DNA from: Felis catus
Taxonomy: Eukaryota
Assembly: GCF_018350175.1 (NCBI RefSeq)
Contig: NC_058383.1
Location: forward strand, 27,840,001-27,904,000
Direction of reading: 5' to 3'
Length of the DNA: 64,000 bases
The notes beneath the pieces are model-generated. The model saw only the letters and a program-made list of their open reading frames with translations. It had not been told where the DNA came from and made no database searches. The position numbers and the translations under genes were made by a program. Of this stretch, positions 25,361-38,127 are shown in pieces. Each line of letters opens with the position of its first letter. Position 1 is the stretch's first letter.

Positions 25361-25598
25361 GTTTTTTTTAATTTTTTTAAAAAATTTTTTTAACGTTTAT
25401 TTATTTTTGAGACAGAGAGAGAGAGAGAGAGCATGAACAGGGGAGGGTCAGAGAAAGAGGAAGACACAGAATCTGAAACAGGCTCCAGGGTCTGAGCTGT
25501 CAGCACAGAGCGTGACACGGGGCTCAAACCCACGGACTGCAAGATCATGACCTGAGCCGAAGTCGGATGCTTAACTGACTGAGCCAACCAGGCGCCCC
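25361..25598 (-). mobile_element. CanSINE at the L1 tail
   Basis: TSD aaaaggttgag at 25350-25360 and 25599-25609. Confidence 0.96.
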
Positions 25599-25655
25599 AA
25601 AAGGTTGAGTTTTTAATATCATTGAGAAGTTGTTTGGGGGTTGTTTCTTTTTAAG

Positions 25656-26180
25656 TGCATTGGTTAGGACTCCTTTTGTTGTAACTGACAGGAACCCCAA
25701 CTTCAACGGCATGAAGCAAAAGAGGGAATTTATTGGCTTACAGAACTGGAAAGTCCAGAGGAAAAGCGGACTTCTGGACTAGCTTGGTTCTGGAGCTCAC
25801 TAGCATCTTGATTTAAGTTTCTCTCTCTTGACTCAGCTCTCCATCGTGTGGGCTTCAATATCAGGCCCCAGGTAGTGGCCCCTGGAAACCCAGGTTCACT
25901 TCACTTTATTCCAAGTAGTTCTAGAAAACCAAAGTGCCCCTGCCTCTTTCCCCAACAGATGCAACAGCATCTAAGACACACCAACTCGGTCACATGCCAT
26001 CTCTGAGCCGATCACTGGAGTCAAGAGAATGCCAAGCTCCTACTGTGCCAGCCAGGGCACATGGCATACCGTCGAGACCAGGGTATAGTGAACACCATCT
26101 GAGTCTCCGTCCAGAAGAAAAGGAGGTACCAGAAGAAGAGGAGACTGGGAAGCAAAACAACAGCTGCCCTCAAGGTAACA
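25656..26180 (-). mobile_element. Old MaLR LTR (MLT1J/K-like)
   Basis: ggttaggactccttttgttgtaactgacagg...gggaatttattggcttacagaactggaaagtccag. Confidence 0.7.
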
Positions 26181-27989
26181 GAGAAATGCGCAAATCCATG
26201 CATGACCCATCTCTGTGATAATAAAAAAATAATAATAAAGAGCAAAAATTGAAAAGCCATTAAGAAGAACATGAAATCAGACATAAATAGGCGGCTAGTA
26301 AGAGCACACTGCTTTAAATGAGTTTAGAGGCCAGGGGAACAAAGTCTCTCACAACTCAGGCTTATGTCCACGGAGCTGACATCAAAGATTTGGGCTTTGA
26401 CATCTTTGGGAGAAACCAAAAGCTAGAGAGGCCACAAAGCAGATAGAGAGGAGATGAGAGCTGATATCCGAGGACCAGAGGCAACTACTGATTTCTGGAG
26501 AAATTACAGGACAGACTGTAAAATAGCAGATTTAAGCAGGCTTAGAGAAGAGGTGATTGACAAAACTACAGTCAGCTTACCAAGAGCATGCCTGCCAAAT
26601 GCACCACATGGGATCATCAGGTCAGAACCTCTTGGGAAGACCACGTTAAAAAACAACACACGTAGCTTCCAGAAAACATTTGAGATTTGGAAAACACGTT
26701 CTAGTGATAAATCTTTGGACAGTAGGAGAAACATGAGTATGACTTAGTAGCCGACTGGCTGGTGAGCTGTACCAACTGAATGTCGTCATCCCTGTCCTAA
26801 GAATGGCTATCAAGCGTATTGACTATGCGCCGAGAATCAGGCTGTCTCACAAGTCTACTCATTTAAACCTCTAACCAATGCATAAAGTAGATGCTTACTA
26901 GTGCCTTTTTATAGATGAGAATGCTAAGGCTCAAACCTAAAAAAAAAAAAAACGTAGTCAAATTAGCAAATGATTGAGTGGGCATTCTGACCCAGGTCTG
27001 TCCAATTGCAAAATTTTTCCTAATAAACGCTGTCCTCGACTGATGTGGTATATACGGTGAGTGTTCACAACTGGTAGCTGTTCTCATGAGCTGTTAGCAT
27101 TATCTCCAACAAAAATACTGCCCTAAGTGTGAAAATGTACCCACTTCATGCCTCTTCTGGGGGACCTGGAAATGTAAAGGTGTACCAAAAAGGACAGCAG
27201 CCTCTTTGGGGCAAGGGGTTAACAGCTCAGGTTTTGGGAGACAGAACTCCTGGCCAAATATTTTTGGCCTGATATTTTTCTTTCAAGAAAATCTGCTCAC
27301 TTCTGTTCTTCTTCCTTCTTCCTCATCTTTTGTCTCTCCTTTTTTAGTTATCTGTACAATTCAATATTTTATTTCTTTATCTGATTTAGTGTTTTAATTA
27401 CCAAAGTAATATATGCTTATCATCAAACTGTGAAGTAATACATACGTGCATAGTAAAAAGTAAATGTCCCCACCCCTTAGGAAACTGCTGGTGACAGTTT
27501 GGCACATAACCTTCCACAATATTTACTGTGCACATATAAGTAAACCATGTTTAATACAATGTTAGGTATTTATAGAGAGGTGGTGAAATATACACCAGAA
27601 TGGCCAGTAGCCTTGCACAGTCTTGGAAGCATGCATGTGGTGTTACTGTGGACACCTCTCAGAAACCACAGTCACTGCCCGTCACGTTCAGTTCTTGAGC
27701 AGTCAACAAATGTTTACGTGCCCACTATGTGCCAGTTGCCATGCTAGGTGCTCAGAACAGAGCTGTGAGCAAGACAGGCACAGGGCCATTCCTGGAGACA
27801 AAATCTGGATGGTGGGCCTAACTCAGCTCCAGAAATGCAATCGCCAAGAAGCTTCTCTATTCCAGCCCTTGTAGGAGGTACAGGGTATCACAGTTAAAAC
27901 AGACACAACAGCCCCTGCTCTGAAGTGCTCATGGAATAGAAGAGACACACTAGAAAATTAGTTATCTTGTTTTTATTTTTATCGTATTA

Positions 27990-28250
27990 ACTAAATTTAC
28001 TGAGCATTTATTATGTGCCAGATACTACACTAGCATGTGACACGCCATTAACTCATTTAATCCTCACATGGACCTACTGACGTAGGTAAATGACTGTCCC
28101 CATGTTTCACAGATTTGGACACTAAGGCTCAGAGAGGACCAGTAACTTGGTAGAGATCTCACAGCTGGTGAGTGACTGGGCTGTGACTCAAGCCGAGAGC
28201 TAGCTAGCTGTCTCCCAGACTCCTCTCTTTTCACCCACCATGCTATTCGT
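27990..28250 (-). mobile_element. MIR, near full length
   Basis: tttactgagcatttattatgtgccag...ctcatttaatcctcac...ttcacagatttggacactaaggctcagagag. Confidence 0.85.
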
Positions 28251-29879
28251 TCCATGGCATTCGCTTCTGCTCTCTCATCAGATTCCTACAGACCCTACAT
28301 GACTCCACTCTGCTCCAATCAATTTTTTTCTGAGTCTCCAAACTTTAGAGGAAAGCCTTGCTTGAACTATAATGATAGCCACAACAACTAAAATTGTGTC
28401 ACATACAACAAAGAATATTCCCAGGGTACCCGGTGAGACAGAAATAGATCTCTTAACAATCTTGTGTTCTGTATGCCACTTGAAAGGTTAACATTCAGGG
28501 TCACCTTCCTCCTGAGCTTTAAGACCAGGGGCATCAATGTAATGAGAGGTGCCAGCATTCCATGAGTTCTGGACGAGTGACCTGTGAGCTTCTGTTGAGC
28601 CCTGAGTTCCTGTGATGATGATTTTTTTTTTTTTTTGAGTTCAGCATGGTGAGAAAAGTTAACGAGGATCTTGGCCAAAAGAAGTCTTGATCATTTAATG
28701 AAAAAGCCTAACTCGTCAATATCCCACTATCAATTTATTTTCAGACCAACCTAAGTCATAATCTTAACTATTATCTTATCCCCATCATCTCCCTGCCCCT
28801 GCCCTGCACCCAACCAATGTCAGCCAGCTCTAGGATATAAATGTTCTACAGAGTCTCCCTGCCCTGTAGGATTCCCTAAACAGTGATGCCTCGGCTGCAG
28901 ACGTGCTGTTATCTAGCTCTTTCTGCTGACTCGACTGACCACTAAGTGGTCCCAACAGGACCCTTTCTTTCACCATTCCAGCCCCTCTCTAAGCTACTGT
29001 TCTTCATTCAGATCCTTCAGTTCTACCAACAACACCCTACTGAGTTTCTGCTCTGGGCTGAGCACCAGGCTAGGCTGGGGATAGAAAGATGAGACCCAGG
29101 TCCTATAAGATCCATGGCACTCATAGTCACTTCCACCAAAATGAAAACAGACCTATGTTCTCCATGCAGTAATCAAGGAAAAACAAGGCAAAAAGGAAGG
29201 GTTGTTTATTCTCTCTGGTGAGGGTAGGAGATGACAAAAAGAAATTTTCACAGATGAGGGTTTGAAAGGATGAACAGGAGTTCTCCAGGATGAAAAGGAG
29301 GAAAAAAGGGCAGGAAATTGTAAAAGGACATGTCAGGGAGGTCGGGGAGTGGGAAGAAGAAAAGAGGGTTACACATAACTCAGTAAAGCTACCTTGTGGA
29401 ACATGGACGAGCAGCGAGGTGGGAGAGGAACATGACAAATTGTGGCGGCCCCCAAGCACTTTATTTGCTTAGTTTGTCATTTTATTTTAGACTTTGAAAT
29501 AATTTCACATGAACAGGAAAGCTGTAAGATTCACAAAGAACTCTCATACGTGCCCTTTTCATCTATTTCCCCAAAACTGTCAATATTTTACCACACTAGC
29601 CATCGTCTTTTCTATATAGACACAGTTTTGTGTTTGTTTGTTTGTTTTCTGAGCCACTTGTCAATGAGTTGAGGTCATGATATTCCTTAACCCTAAACAC
29701 TTCAGTGTGTTATTCCCTAAGACCAAAGTCACTTGCTTGTAATTACTACACAGTCAGGAAATTTTTGTTGACTTAATACTATTATCTACTCCACAAACCT
29801 TATTCGTATTTCACCAATTTTCCCAATAATTTCCCTCATAGCGAGCAAAAAAAGGTGACTGTCTTATTTTAAATTGGAA

Positions 29880-30115
29880 ACCCATACTCTCAGCATGCCC
29901 TGTCCCTGTTTTATTTTTCTTCATTGTATTTACTGCTATCTAACATACAGCATATTCTTCTTATTTTCTTAATTGTCTCTCCCTACCACTCTACTAGAAT
30001 CTAAATCCTACAAGGTCAAGATTTTTGTCTACTTCGTTTACTACCATATCCCCAACACCCAGAACAGTGCCTGCACATGGTAGTTGTTCACTAAATACTC
30101 TTGGACTCACTGAAT
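29880..30115 (+). mobile_element. L2 3' end
   Basis: ctagaatctaaatcc...ccatatccccaacacccagaacagtgcctgcacatggtag. Confidence 0.75.
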
Positions 30116-30160
30116 GGCCAGACCTGGAGGTATCTCTTCCCAACCTCCTATTGTATGTAT

Positions 30161-30184
30161 TTTAAAAAAATGTTTATTCATTAT

Positions 30185-30223
<39 letters not shown>

Positions 30224-30389
30224 CATGAGTGGGGGAGGGGCAGAAAGACGGAGGGAGACAAAGAATCTGAAGCAGGCTCCAGGCTCCGAGCTGTCAGCAC
30301 AGAGCCTGACACAGGGCTCAAACTCATGAACTGTGAGATCGTGACCTGAACCGAAGGTGGATGCTCAGCCAACTGAGCCACCCAGGCCC
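30161..30389 (-). mobile_element. CanSINE with (GA)n
   Basis: gaatctgaagcaggctccaggctccgagctgtcagcacagagcc...ctgagccacccagg. Confidence 0.95.
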
Positions 30390-33015
30390 AATTTTTTTTT
30401 AAACAAAAAATCAATGTGAAATTCATATCAAGAACATTGAGGCCCTGTGTCGGCTTTCCCTCCTTTAAAGTGCTTGTTTGGTGTTCTTTTGTCCTCCTGT
30501 AGGTATACGGTGTATATTTCAAGGGAGAGGGCTTGAGCTCCACTAGCCCAGAACAGTTAGGGCTTCTCTTAAAGCTAGCCCAAATCAACAGAATCCCGTT
30601 TGGGCTGTCTGTCTAGATGCAAGAGTCCTTGAAGTACAAGGGTATCCCCTCTGCAAACAGAGTTGGCATCTTTAAATCTAATTGAAAGATTAAAAGAAAA
30701 CCCCCAACTAGAAGGTCAATTTATAGATTCAAAAGTTAAATCAAGCCATATCCTTAAGCACATGGGACACAAACCTTGTATTAAATCAAAGACTTAATCT
30801 AAGTTAAGCCACCCTGGCTGGGAACTTGAGCTGGAGATGTGTAATTAACACCAACCATTCAGCACCAACTGCTCCATCTGACAGTCTGTGGCCTGAACAA
30901 CCTTGTTATAATTTCCAGGGGGCTTTGGGAATGCTCACCTTCCAAGCTGCAGAGGTGGCGGGCCTGTCTTCTTTCTGTTTGACCTCATCTACAACTCACC
31001 CCTGAGCTCATGATACTCTGGCCGCATGGACTTCCTTATGATTCTCAAGCATGTTAAGGACACTTCAAAGTCATTTGTACCTGCCCACCACCCAACTTCA
31101 CATTGGACTTTGTGCAAATGTCACTTTCTCAGTGAGAATTTCACTCTTATTCTATTAAATTCTGTAAGCCCCTCTCCTCCCTATAGCAAGTGCCCCTCCT
31201 CTGCTTTACCCTTTCCCATGGTGCATATACTACCTGACATTCTGAACATTTCATTTATTTGTTTACTCTCTCCTCCCCGCAGTAAAACATAAGTCCTATG
31301 AAGACTTGGGTTCTGCTTTTTCATTCAATGCTGCCTCCCCAGTCACCTAGAAGTATCTGGTATATATTAGGCATTCAATACCTAATTTTTAATTAATTAA
31401 TTGGTTAGTTATTTGATTGACCAATTAAGTGATTAATTAAGTGGTCAGTTAATTCAGTTCACATGGCTGGCCCAGATAGCCACCAGGCTAATATACTCCA
31501 TTAAAACCTGTGTTGGGTACTTGGGTAATCAAGTCAAGTAAGATCCACCTGGAAAATCCCTAATCCCACTTTAGTCACTGATGCAGTTTGGTGACCTTGG
31601 GACAAGTTCAAATTCTCTGACGCTAGAGTTCTCATCTCCTGGACTCCTACCTCCACCACCCCCAACATGTCCTCTACCTTCCAGTGATCTAGAACTCCTT
31701 CCAGCTCCTCAAAGTCACCAGGCTCCTCTCACATGCAATACATCTTTTTGTAGAAAAGTCCTCTCCATCATCGCCTATTCTTCAAGCCCGGCCAACTCTT
31801 ATTCACCAGGTGATCTCCTTCCCCAGAACTCATCATGCTCTATGGTAACCACCCTCATATGGGACAGTCTGATTAGCCTGTGGGTTCCATGAAACCAGAG
31901 CCCTTGCCTTCCCCTCCTCTGTCTCCCAGCCTCAAGGACAGTTCCAGACTCCCAGCTGAACATTACTAATTTGGACAAGGGCTATCCTATTTCACAGATG
32001 GAGATAAGTATAGTATGATAATAGTGTAACTATATATAGTTAATTAGTGTAACTATAATATAATGTATAGTAATATGCATTATACTCATAATAATGTAAG
32101 TATAGCGTAATAATAAGACAGCCTATGGCCTTGAAACAGCTCTGAGTTCAAATCCCAACTCTTCCACCTTAAGAAAGTTTCTTAAGCATTCTGAATTTTC
32201 TCCCTCATCTGTGAAATGATGAACCACGTAAATTCATAATCTATTCAACACTATTCTCAGGGCTGGAGATACGGAAATAAACAACAGGGTGGTCTACAGC
32301 AATATCTGAGCCAAGGCCTAAGAGATGAGAAGTTGCTGGCTACTCTGAGCACAAAAGGACCAACAGGTGAGGCAGAAGAGAAGTCACACACTGCATCACT
32401 GAGGCAGGGACAACCTTGTAGTTTTCAGGGAGGAGAAAAGAAGTCCAGGGGTGCCCCTGGCATTCTGAAAAGCAAGCCTCCCATACTCTTTGGAGGCACA
32501 GAGCCACTCTCTCTGCCCTGTTTCAGGCTCCAGCCCCAATCTGCTCCTGGTCCACCCAGCTTCAGACACTGAGGTCCATCACTAGCCCCCATGAAGGGCA
32601 CTGCTTTGCCAGCCACAGCTTTCTCATTTCTTCTCAACCACAACTGGAATCTCCCCCTGGTTGGCCACCCTCTGTACTTCCCACTAGCTGGGCCTTCCCA
32701 ATCCCCTACATCTGTGTCTCTTTGGGTGTCCCTCTTAACCAGGTTTGCCCCGGCTCTTGGGCTAAAAAATCTCCAATACAAAAATCAATGGGTAATGAAG
32801 AGAGAAGTAAGATGTAGGAGACTGCAACTCCAGATCTACATGCTGCTGGGATCCAGGTAGGTCTGAGACTATGAAATGTCTATGCTCCTCTACCTCCACT
32901 ATCCTAAATGCTAAACTGTGTTTATTATTTGTTATAAATAATACTGATTATTTATACTGATGCTGCTTATTATGAGTATCTTTATTAGTATCTGCTTCAC
33001 CCTGGCCCTGTTACA

Positions 33016-33214
33016 GCATTGATTCCCAACTGGAAGCAGGATATTTGGCAATGTCTAGAGACATTTTGGTTGCTACAGCTAGGGGAAGGGTGCCACTGGC
33101 ATCTAGTGGATAGAGGCCAAGGATGATGCCAAATATCCTACAGTGCACAGGACAGCCCCCTCCCAATAAATTATCCTGTCTCAAAAGTCAACAGTGCCAA
33201 GACTGAAAACCCTG
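33016..33214. mobile_element. MER20 hAT MITE
   Basis: tttggcaatgtctagagacattttggttg...ggcatctagtggatagaggcc...cctacagtgcacaggacagcccc. Confidence 0.9.
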
Positions 33215-34671
33215 CTTTAGAAAGTAACCCAGCCCACACACATATAACCATTAAGCATACATAAAGAGATGCTAAGACGTATATGTGCATGTAGGAAAAT
33301 GCAGATTAAAATATTAATGAGATATTTCATGCCTAGTATGGTAACATGGTTAAAAAAGGACAACTATTGGCAGGAATGTGGGGATATAAGAACGCTCATG
33401 CCACAGCTGGTGGGAACGGACGCTGGTGTGGCCCACGCAGCCTGTTACTGTTTAATCAAAGAGTCAAAGACCCAACGACCCAACCAGGTCTATGAGAAAT
33501 TCTTACAGAGCTCCTGACAACAACATATATGAAAATAATCATTGCAACGTTACTTGTGGTTTCAGGAAGTTAAAGGCCACAGGGTGTCCACCACTGGGGG
33601 AGACAACAAGCAAAAGTAGATGAGTGAGCACCATGAAGAAAGAGAAGTGACTTATGTTTTAGATGTACAAACAGCAGTAGAGACGGACCTCACAACTATA
33701 ATGAAGGGACGAGGCGGAGTGAAAACCAGCATGAGGTCATTAGGACAATACCAGATACATCAATTTCTTAAAATGTACACATTGGGGGAATACGTTGGCA
33801 CAAGTACTCTGGAAAATTGTTTGCCGGTATTTACTAAAGTCCTAAAGCCAAATATAACACTATAACCCAGAAATTATACTCCTAGAACTACACCCAAGAG
33901 AAATGAACACTGTGTCCACCAGAACACATGTACAAGAATGTTCATGGAAGTTTAATTCATAATAACTCAAAACTGGAAACAGCCAGTTGTTAATAAACTG
34001 ATGTACAGCCATACAATGGAATACTATTTAGCAATGAAAAGGAACAAGCGGCAACTAAAGGCAACACGGATGAATCTCATAGACAAAATGTTCAGCAAAA
34101 GAAGCCAAAAGCAAAAAGTGTAGACTGTGTGATTCCTTTAATCAAGTTCAAAATCATACAAAACTAATTAACAGTGTTAGAGGTCATTACATTAGTTCCC
34201 TTTAGGAAGGACAGACTTTAAGGATGCAAAAGGGAGATTTCTGCAGTACTGGAAATATTCTGTACCTTAATCTAGATGGTAATTATGCAGGGGTCTATAC
34301 ATATGCAAAATATCAAGCTAGACATATAACATATGTGCTCTCTATGTTAATTACACCTTAACTAAAAATAAAACATAGAGGGTGCACTTTCAAAAGATAA
34401 ATTCAACTGACAATACTAAGTACTGGAAAACATGCAGAACAATTAGGAATGCTCATATACTGCTGATGGAAAAGCAAAATGGCACAGCCAGTCTGTAAAA
34501 CAGTGTGGCTGTTTCTTATAAAGTTAAACATACGCTTACAATATGGCCCAGTAATCCCATTCCTAAATACCCTGAAGAAATGAAAACTTATGTTGATACA
34601 AAAACCTATATACAAATGCATAAATGTTTACAGCAGCTCCACTGATAATCACCAAAAACCGGAAACAATAC

Positions 34672-34880
34672 GGGGCACCCGGATGATTCAGTCGGTTAAG
34701 CGTCCAACTTCAGTTCAGGTCATGGTCTCACAGTTCATGAGTTCGAGCCCCGCATCGGGCTCTGTGCCAACAGTCCAGAGCCTGGAGCTTGCTTCAGATT
34801 CTGTGTCTCCCTCTCTCTGCCCACCCACTCTCTCTCTCTCAAAAATAAACATGAGAATAACATTTATTAACAAAAAAAAA
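34672..34880 (+). mobile_element. CanSINE in L1M
   Basis: Head ggggcacccggatgattcagtcggttaagcg; degenerate TSD aaaaaccggaaacaat / aaaaactgaagacaat. Confidence 0.94.
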
Positions 34881-34972
34881 CTGAAGACAATCCAAATGTC
34901 CTTCAATGAGTAAATGGATAAACAAACATCCATACCACAGAATATAACTCACCATTAAAAAGAAACAAACTA

Positions 34973-35198
34973 GGGGCGCCTGGGTGGCGCAGTCGGTTAA
35001 GCGTCCGACTTCAGCCAGGTCACGATCTCGCGGTCCGTGAGTTCGAGCCCCGCGTTGGGCTCTGGGCTGATGGCTCGGAGCCTGGAGCCTGTTTCCAATT
35101 CTGTGTCTCCCTCTCTCTCTGCCCTTCCCCCGTTCATCCTCTGTCTCTCTCTGTCCCAAAAATAAATAAAAAACGTTGGAAAAAAAATTAAAAAAAAA
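34973..35198 (+). mobile_element. Felid CanSINE (young type)
   Basis: CpGs retained; 16-bp TSD aaaaagaaacaaacta at 34957-34972 and 35199-35214. Confidence 0.97.
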
Positions 35199-35619
35199 AA
35201 AAAGAAACAAACTACTGATATAGGCAACAATATGGATGAATTTCAAAGGTATTACCATGAGTGAAAGAAACCAATCTCAAAATGTTACATATTGCACCAT
35301 CCCATTTATAAGACTTCCTTGAAAAGACAAATTTATAGTGAGGGAGACAGATCAGAGGTCACCAAGAGTTATGAGTGGAGAAAGGGTATAGCTAGAAAGG
35401 AAGAGCTTGAAGGAGTTCTTCATGGTGATAAAAGTGTTCAGCATCCTGATCACGGTAAAGGTGTGACATGAAACCATACATGTGATAAAATGCACAGAAC
35501 TATACACCCCTCCCAAAAAAGACTCAAGTGTACTGCATGATGATTTAAAATATAAAATAAATAAGATATTGATTCAGAATCCCATTCCACAATAAATACA
35601 CAACTGTATTAAAAATAAG

Positions 35620-35848
35620 ACAAGTAAGTTCTGGAGATCTAACATACAGAATGTATTACATACTTGAAAGTTGCTAAGAGAATAAATCTTAAATGTCACC
35701 ACAGAAAAGAAACAGTAATTTATGTGATGTGACAGAGGTGTTCACTAACACTATGGTGGTAACCATTTTTGCAGTATATAAGTGTAGCAAATCAGTGCAT
35801 TGTATACCTTAAATTTACACGTTAGATGTCAATGATACCTCAATAAAC
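35620..35848 (+). mobile_element. L1MA-like extreme 3' end
   Basis: aagttctggagatct...tacttgaaagttgctaagaga...tgtataccttaaatttacac...ctcaataaa. Confidence 0.8.
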
Positions 35849-37347
35849 CTACAAACAGAAATATGTGTGTGTGTGTGTGTGTGTGTGTATAATACATTCA
35901 TACACACAAATACACATACTACAGGAATATACACAAACAGAAAGATATCCATTAAGCACAAAATGGTGGCCCCTTAAGGGTAATGAATATAAATGAATGA
36001 AAATGAAGTGTGGATATAAAGGGAAAAAACCCTACAAATAAAACAGAGACATTCAGGAATACACTAGGACTAGGACTAACAGAGAGGCACTTGTAGTCAT
36101 TACTACATTACTACATTACTACAGAGAGGCTGTAGTTCATTACAGGAATCAGCGAGGGGGAAGGAACATACCGGCAGGGTGTGGAGGCATCCATGCAGAG
36201 GCCCTCAACATTCTCCCTGCCTCTTCTCAACCCAGGGATCACACTGAACAGGCTCTTTCCTTGGGCAAAGTTCAGCAACACATGTGCACTGTTTCTAGGC
36301 AGGGAATCCTACTCAAAACTCAAAGTTGAGCGGTTTCACTGGGAGCTAGTCACATGGGCATAACAACCAGACAGCACTACTGACATTCCAGGTTCCTAAA
36401 ACAGAAGCAGGTTTTCAGCGCCCCTGGTGGGCAAAATGGCCCTATCAGTATTTGGAACAATCCAAAAGCTGAGTTCCCCAATGCCAGTCCAGGGCCAGGC
36501 CCAAAAGTATGCTCTTCTAAAGACGGCAACCTCCGTCCTGCCATGTTAACTCTCGCTTGCTCTGGAGGCTTGCAAAGACCAGTGCTGAAGTGCTGGTCCA
36601 AAAGAAAAAGTAAAATAAAACCAACACTCTATCGGTCAAACAAAATGATGTTTGGATTAACCAAGACACAGCCATGGGCATTCTGCCATGATTCTGCTCT
36701 CAGGGTTCCAACCACAGGAGAAAGAAGCCCCGTGACTGTCCCCCTCAGCCCCATAAGGCAGATAATGGCCGCCAGAGACAGAGAGACAGAGTGGATGCCC
36801 CTCGTCTTTTCTCGTATTGAACCAGCACTGCCCTCAACAAAATGACCTGAATGTATTTCTCTCTAGCCTTTGCCTCACTATGTGACAACCAAAGTCACAC
36901 ACAAAGAAACCCTCAGCAAATGTTTAAAACCAGAGAAGTATAAGGGGCAGAGAACAACTCCCAAATACCCTCAAGGATAATCTAAAGATGGAGTACTTCT
37001 CACCCCAATGAAACGACCCTCCCAGGCCCCCAGCTGCAAAGCTTCTCACATTAAAAGAAAACTTCTCTAATGTCTCCAGTTTTAGTTTTTAAAGTTTCAG
37101 GAATGAAAGCATTTTTTGCTCCCTAATGCTAACTCCCAGTTGTAGCATGGCCTGGGCTCTGTTTACCTAAAGAAACTCCTTTATGTTCACTACAGTCTTA
37201 CCTCACCTCAAAGACAGATGATCAGCAAGAAGAAGAAGCCTTCAAGAGCCATAAAAAATTCTCTGATATTAAATGATCTGCTCTGAGTTGTCAGTTCTTC
37301 TGATTATTATTTAAGTCATTTTAGTGTGTTAACCAGACAGCCTCACT

Positions 37348-37530
37348 GAATGGACGGATGGATGGGATGGATGTGAGGGAGGGAGGGAGGGAGGGAGGAA
37401 GGAGGGAGGAGGGAAGGAAGGATAGGTGAGTGGATGGATAGATGGATGGATGCATAGAGATAGGCAAATATAGAAGGAATTAGACATAGACAAATAGACA
37501 ATAAAGATAAAGAGAGAAGGAGAGAGGTGA
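37348..37530. repeat. Compound (GGAT)n/(GGGA)n/(GATA)n purine-rich simple repeat abutting an L2 tail
   Basis: Read directly. Confidence 0.9.
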
Positions 37531-37815
37531 TTTATCCATTCATTCAATAAGTATTTGTTGAACATCTACTAGGTGCTGAGCATATAACAGTAACCAAAAG
37601 AGGCAAACATCCCCTACCTTCTTGGAGTTTACATTCTAGAAGAAGGACAGACAGACTATACACGAATAAGTAAAACATATAGAATGACAGTTGGTATTAA
37701 ATGCTGTGGAAAAATAAAAGGAAGAGGCTTGAGGCTGGCTGCGAGGGGTTTCAACTTCAAATAGCAGGGGCCAAGAAAGGACTCCCTAGGAAATTGATTT
37801 TGAATAAAGATCTAA
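37530..37815 (-). mobile_element. L2 3' relic
   Basis: cattcattcaataagtatttgttgaacatctactaggtgc...ggagtttacattctag. Confidence 0.8.
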
Positions 37816-38127
37816 AGAAGATTAGCCTGTTCAGATTCAACTGTACTTTCTAAGTAGATAGACCTAACTACATGTACAAAGACAGGTTTAGGCCAAAAGT
37901 ACCAGGACAATGGAAAATCACAGAAGTCGGTTTAACACCAATAGTAATCTACAGGAGATCATGGAATATAAATGCATAGGTGTTTGAAAGATTTGGATTG
38001 GAGAAGTGTCATATTGCTAAGGCACAATTTGAAGAAACCAACAAGCTATCACAAAGAAGGGACCTCCCTCCCCTGGGTCCAGGGTAAATAGATCTAAGTA
38101 CTCCTTATGTCATAACGTCATCACACA

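Larger units (their letters stand above)
33270..35560 (+). mobile_element. Stack of old L1M (L1MB/MC/ME-like) 3' fragments hosting two SINEs
   Basis: Repeated L1 3' motifs: aactggaaac, atacaatggaatactatttagcaatgaaaagg, atggatgaatttcaaagg, atgagtgaaagaaaccaa. Confidence 0.8.

Noticed and set aside
31380..31455. Dense TAAT/ATTA cluster
   Set aside because: Directly follows an L2 3' end and is best explained as its decayed simple-repeat tail
36416..36431. Minus-strand CTCF-like ccaccaggggcgct
   Set aside because: One G short of the core, which breaks the spacing of the conserved GGC
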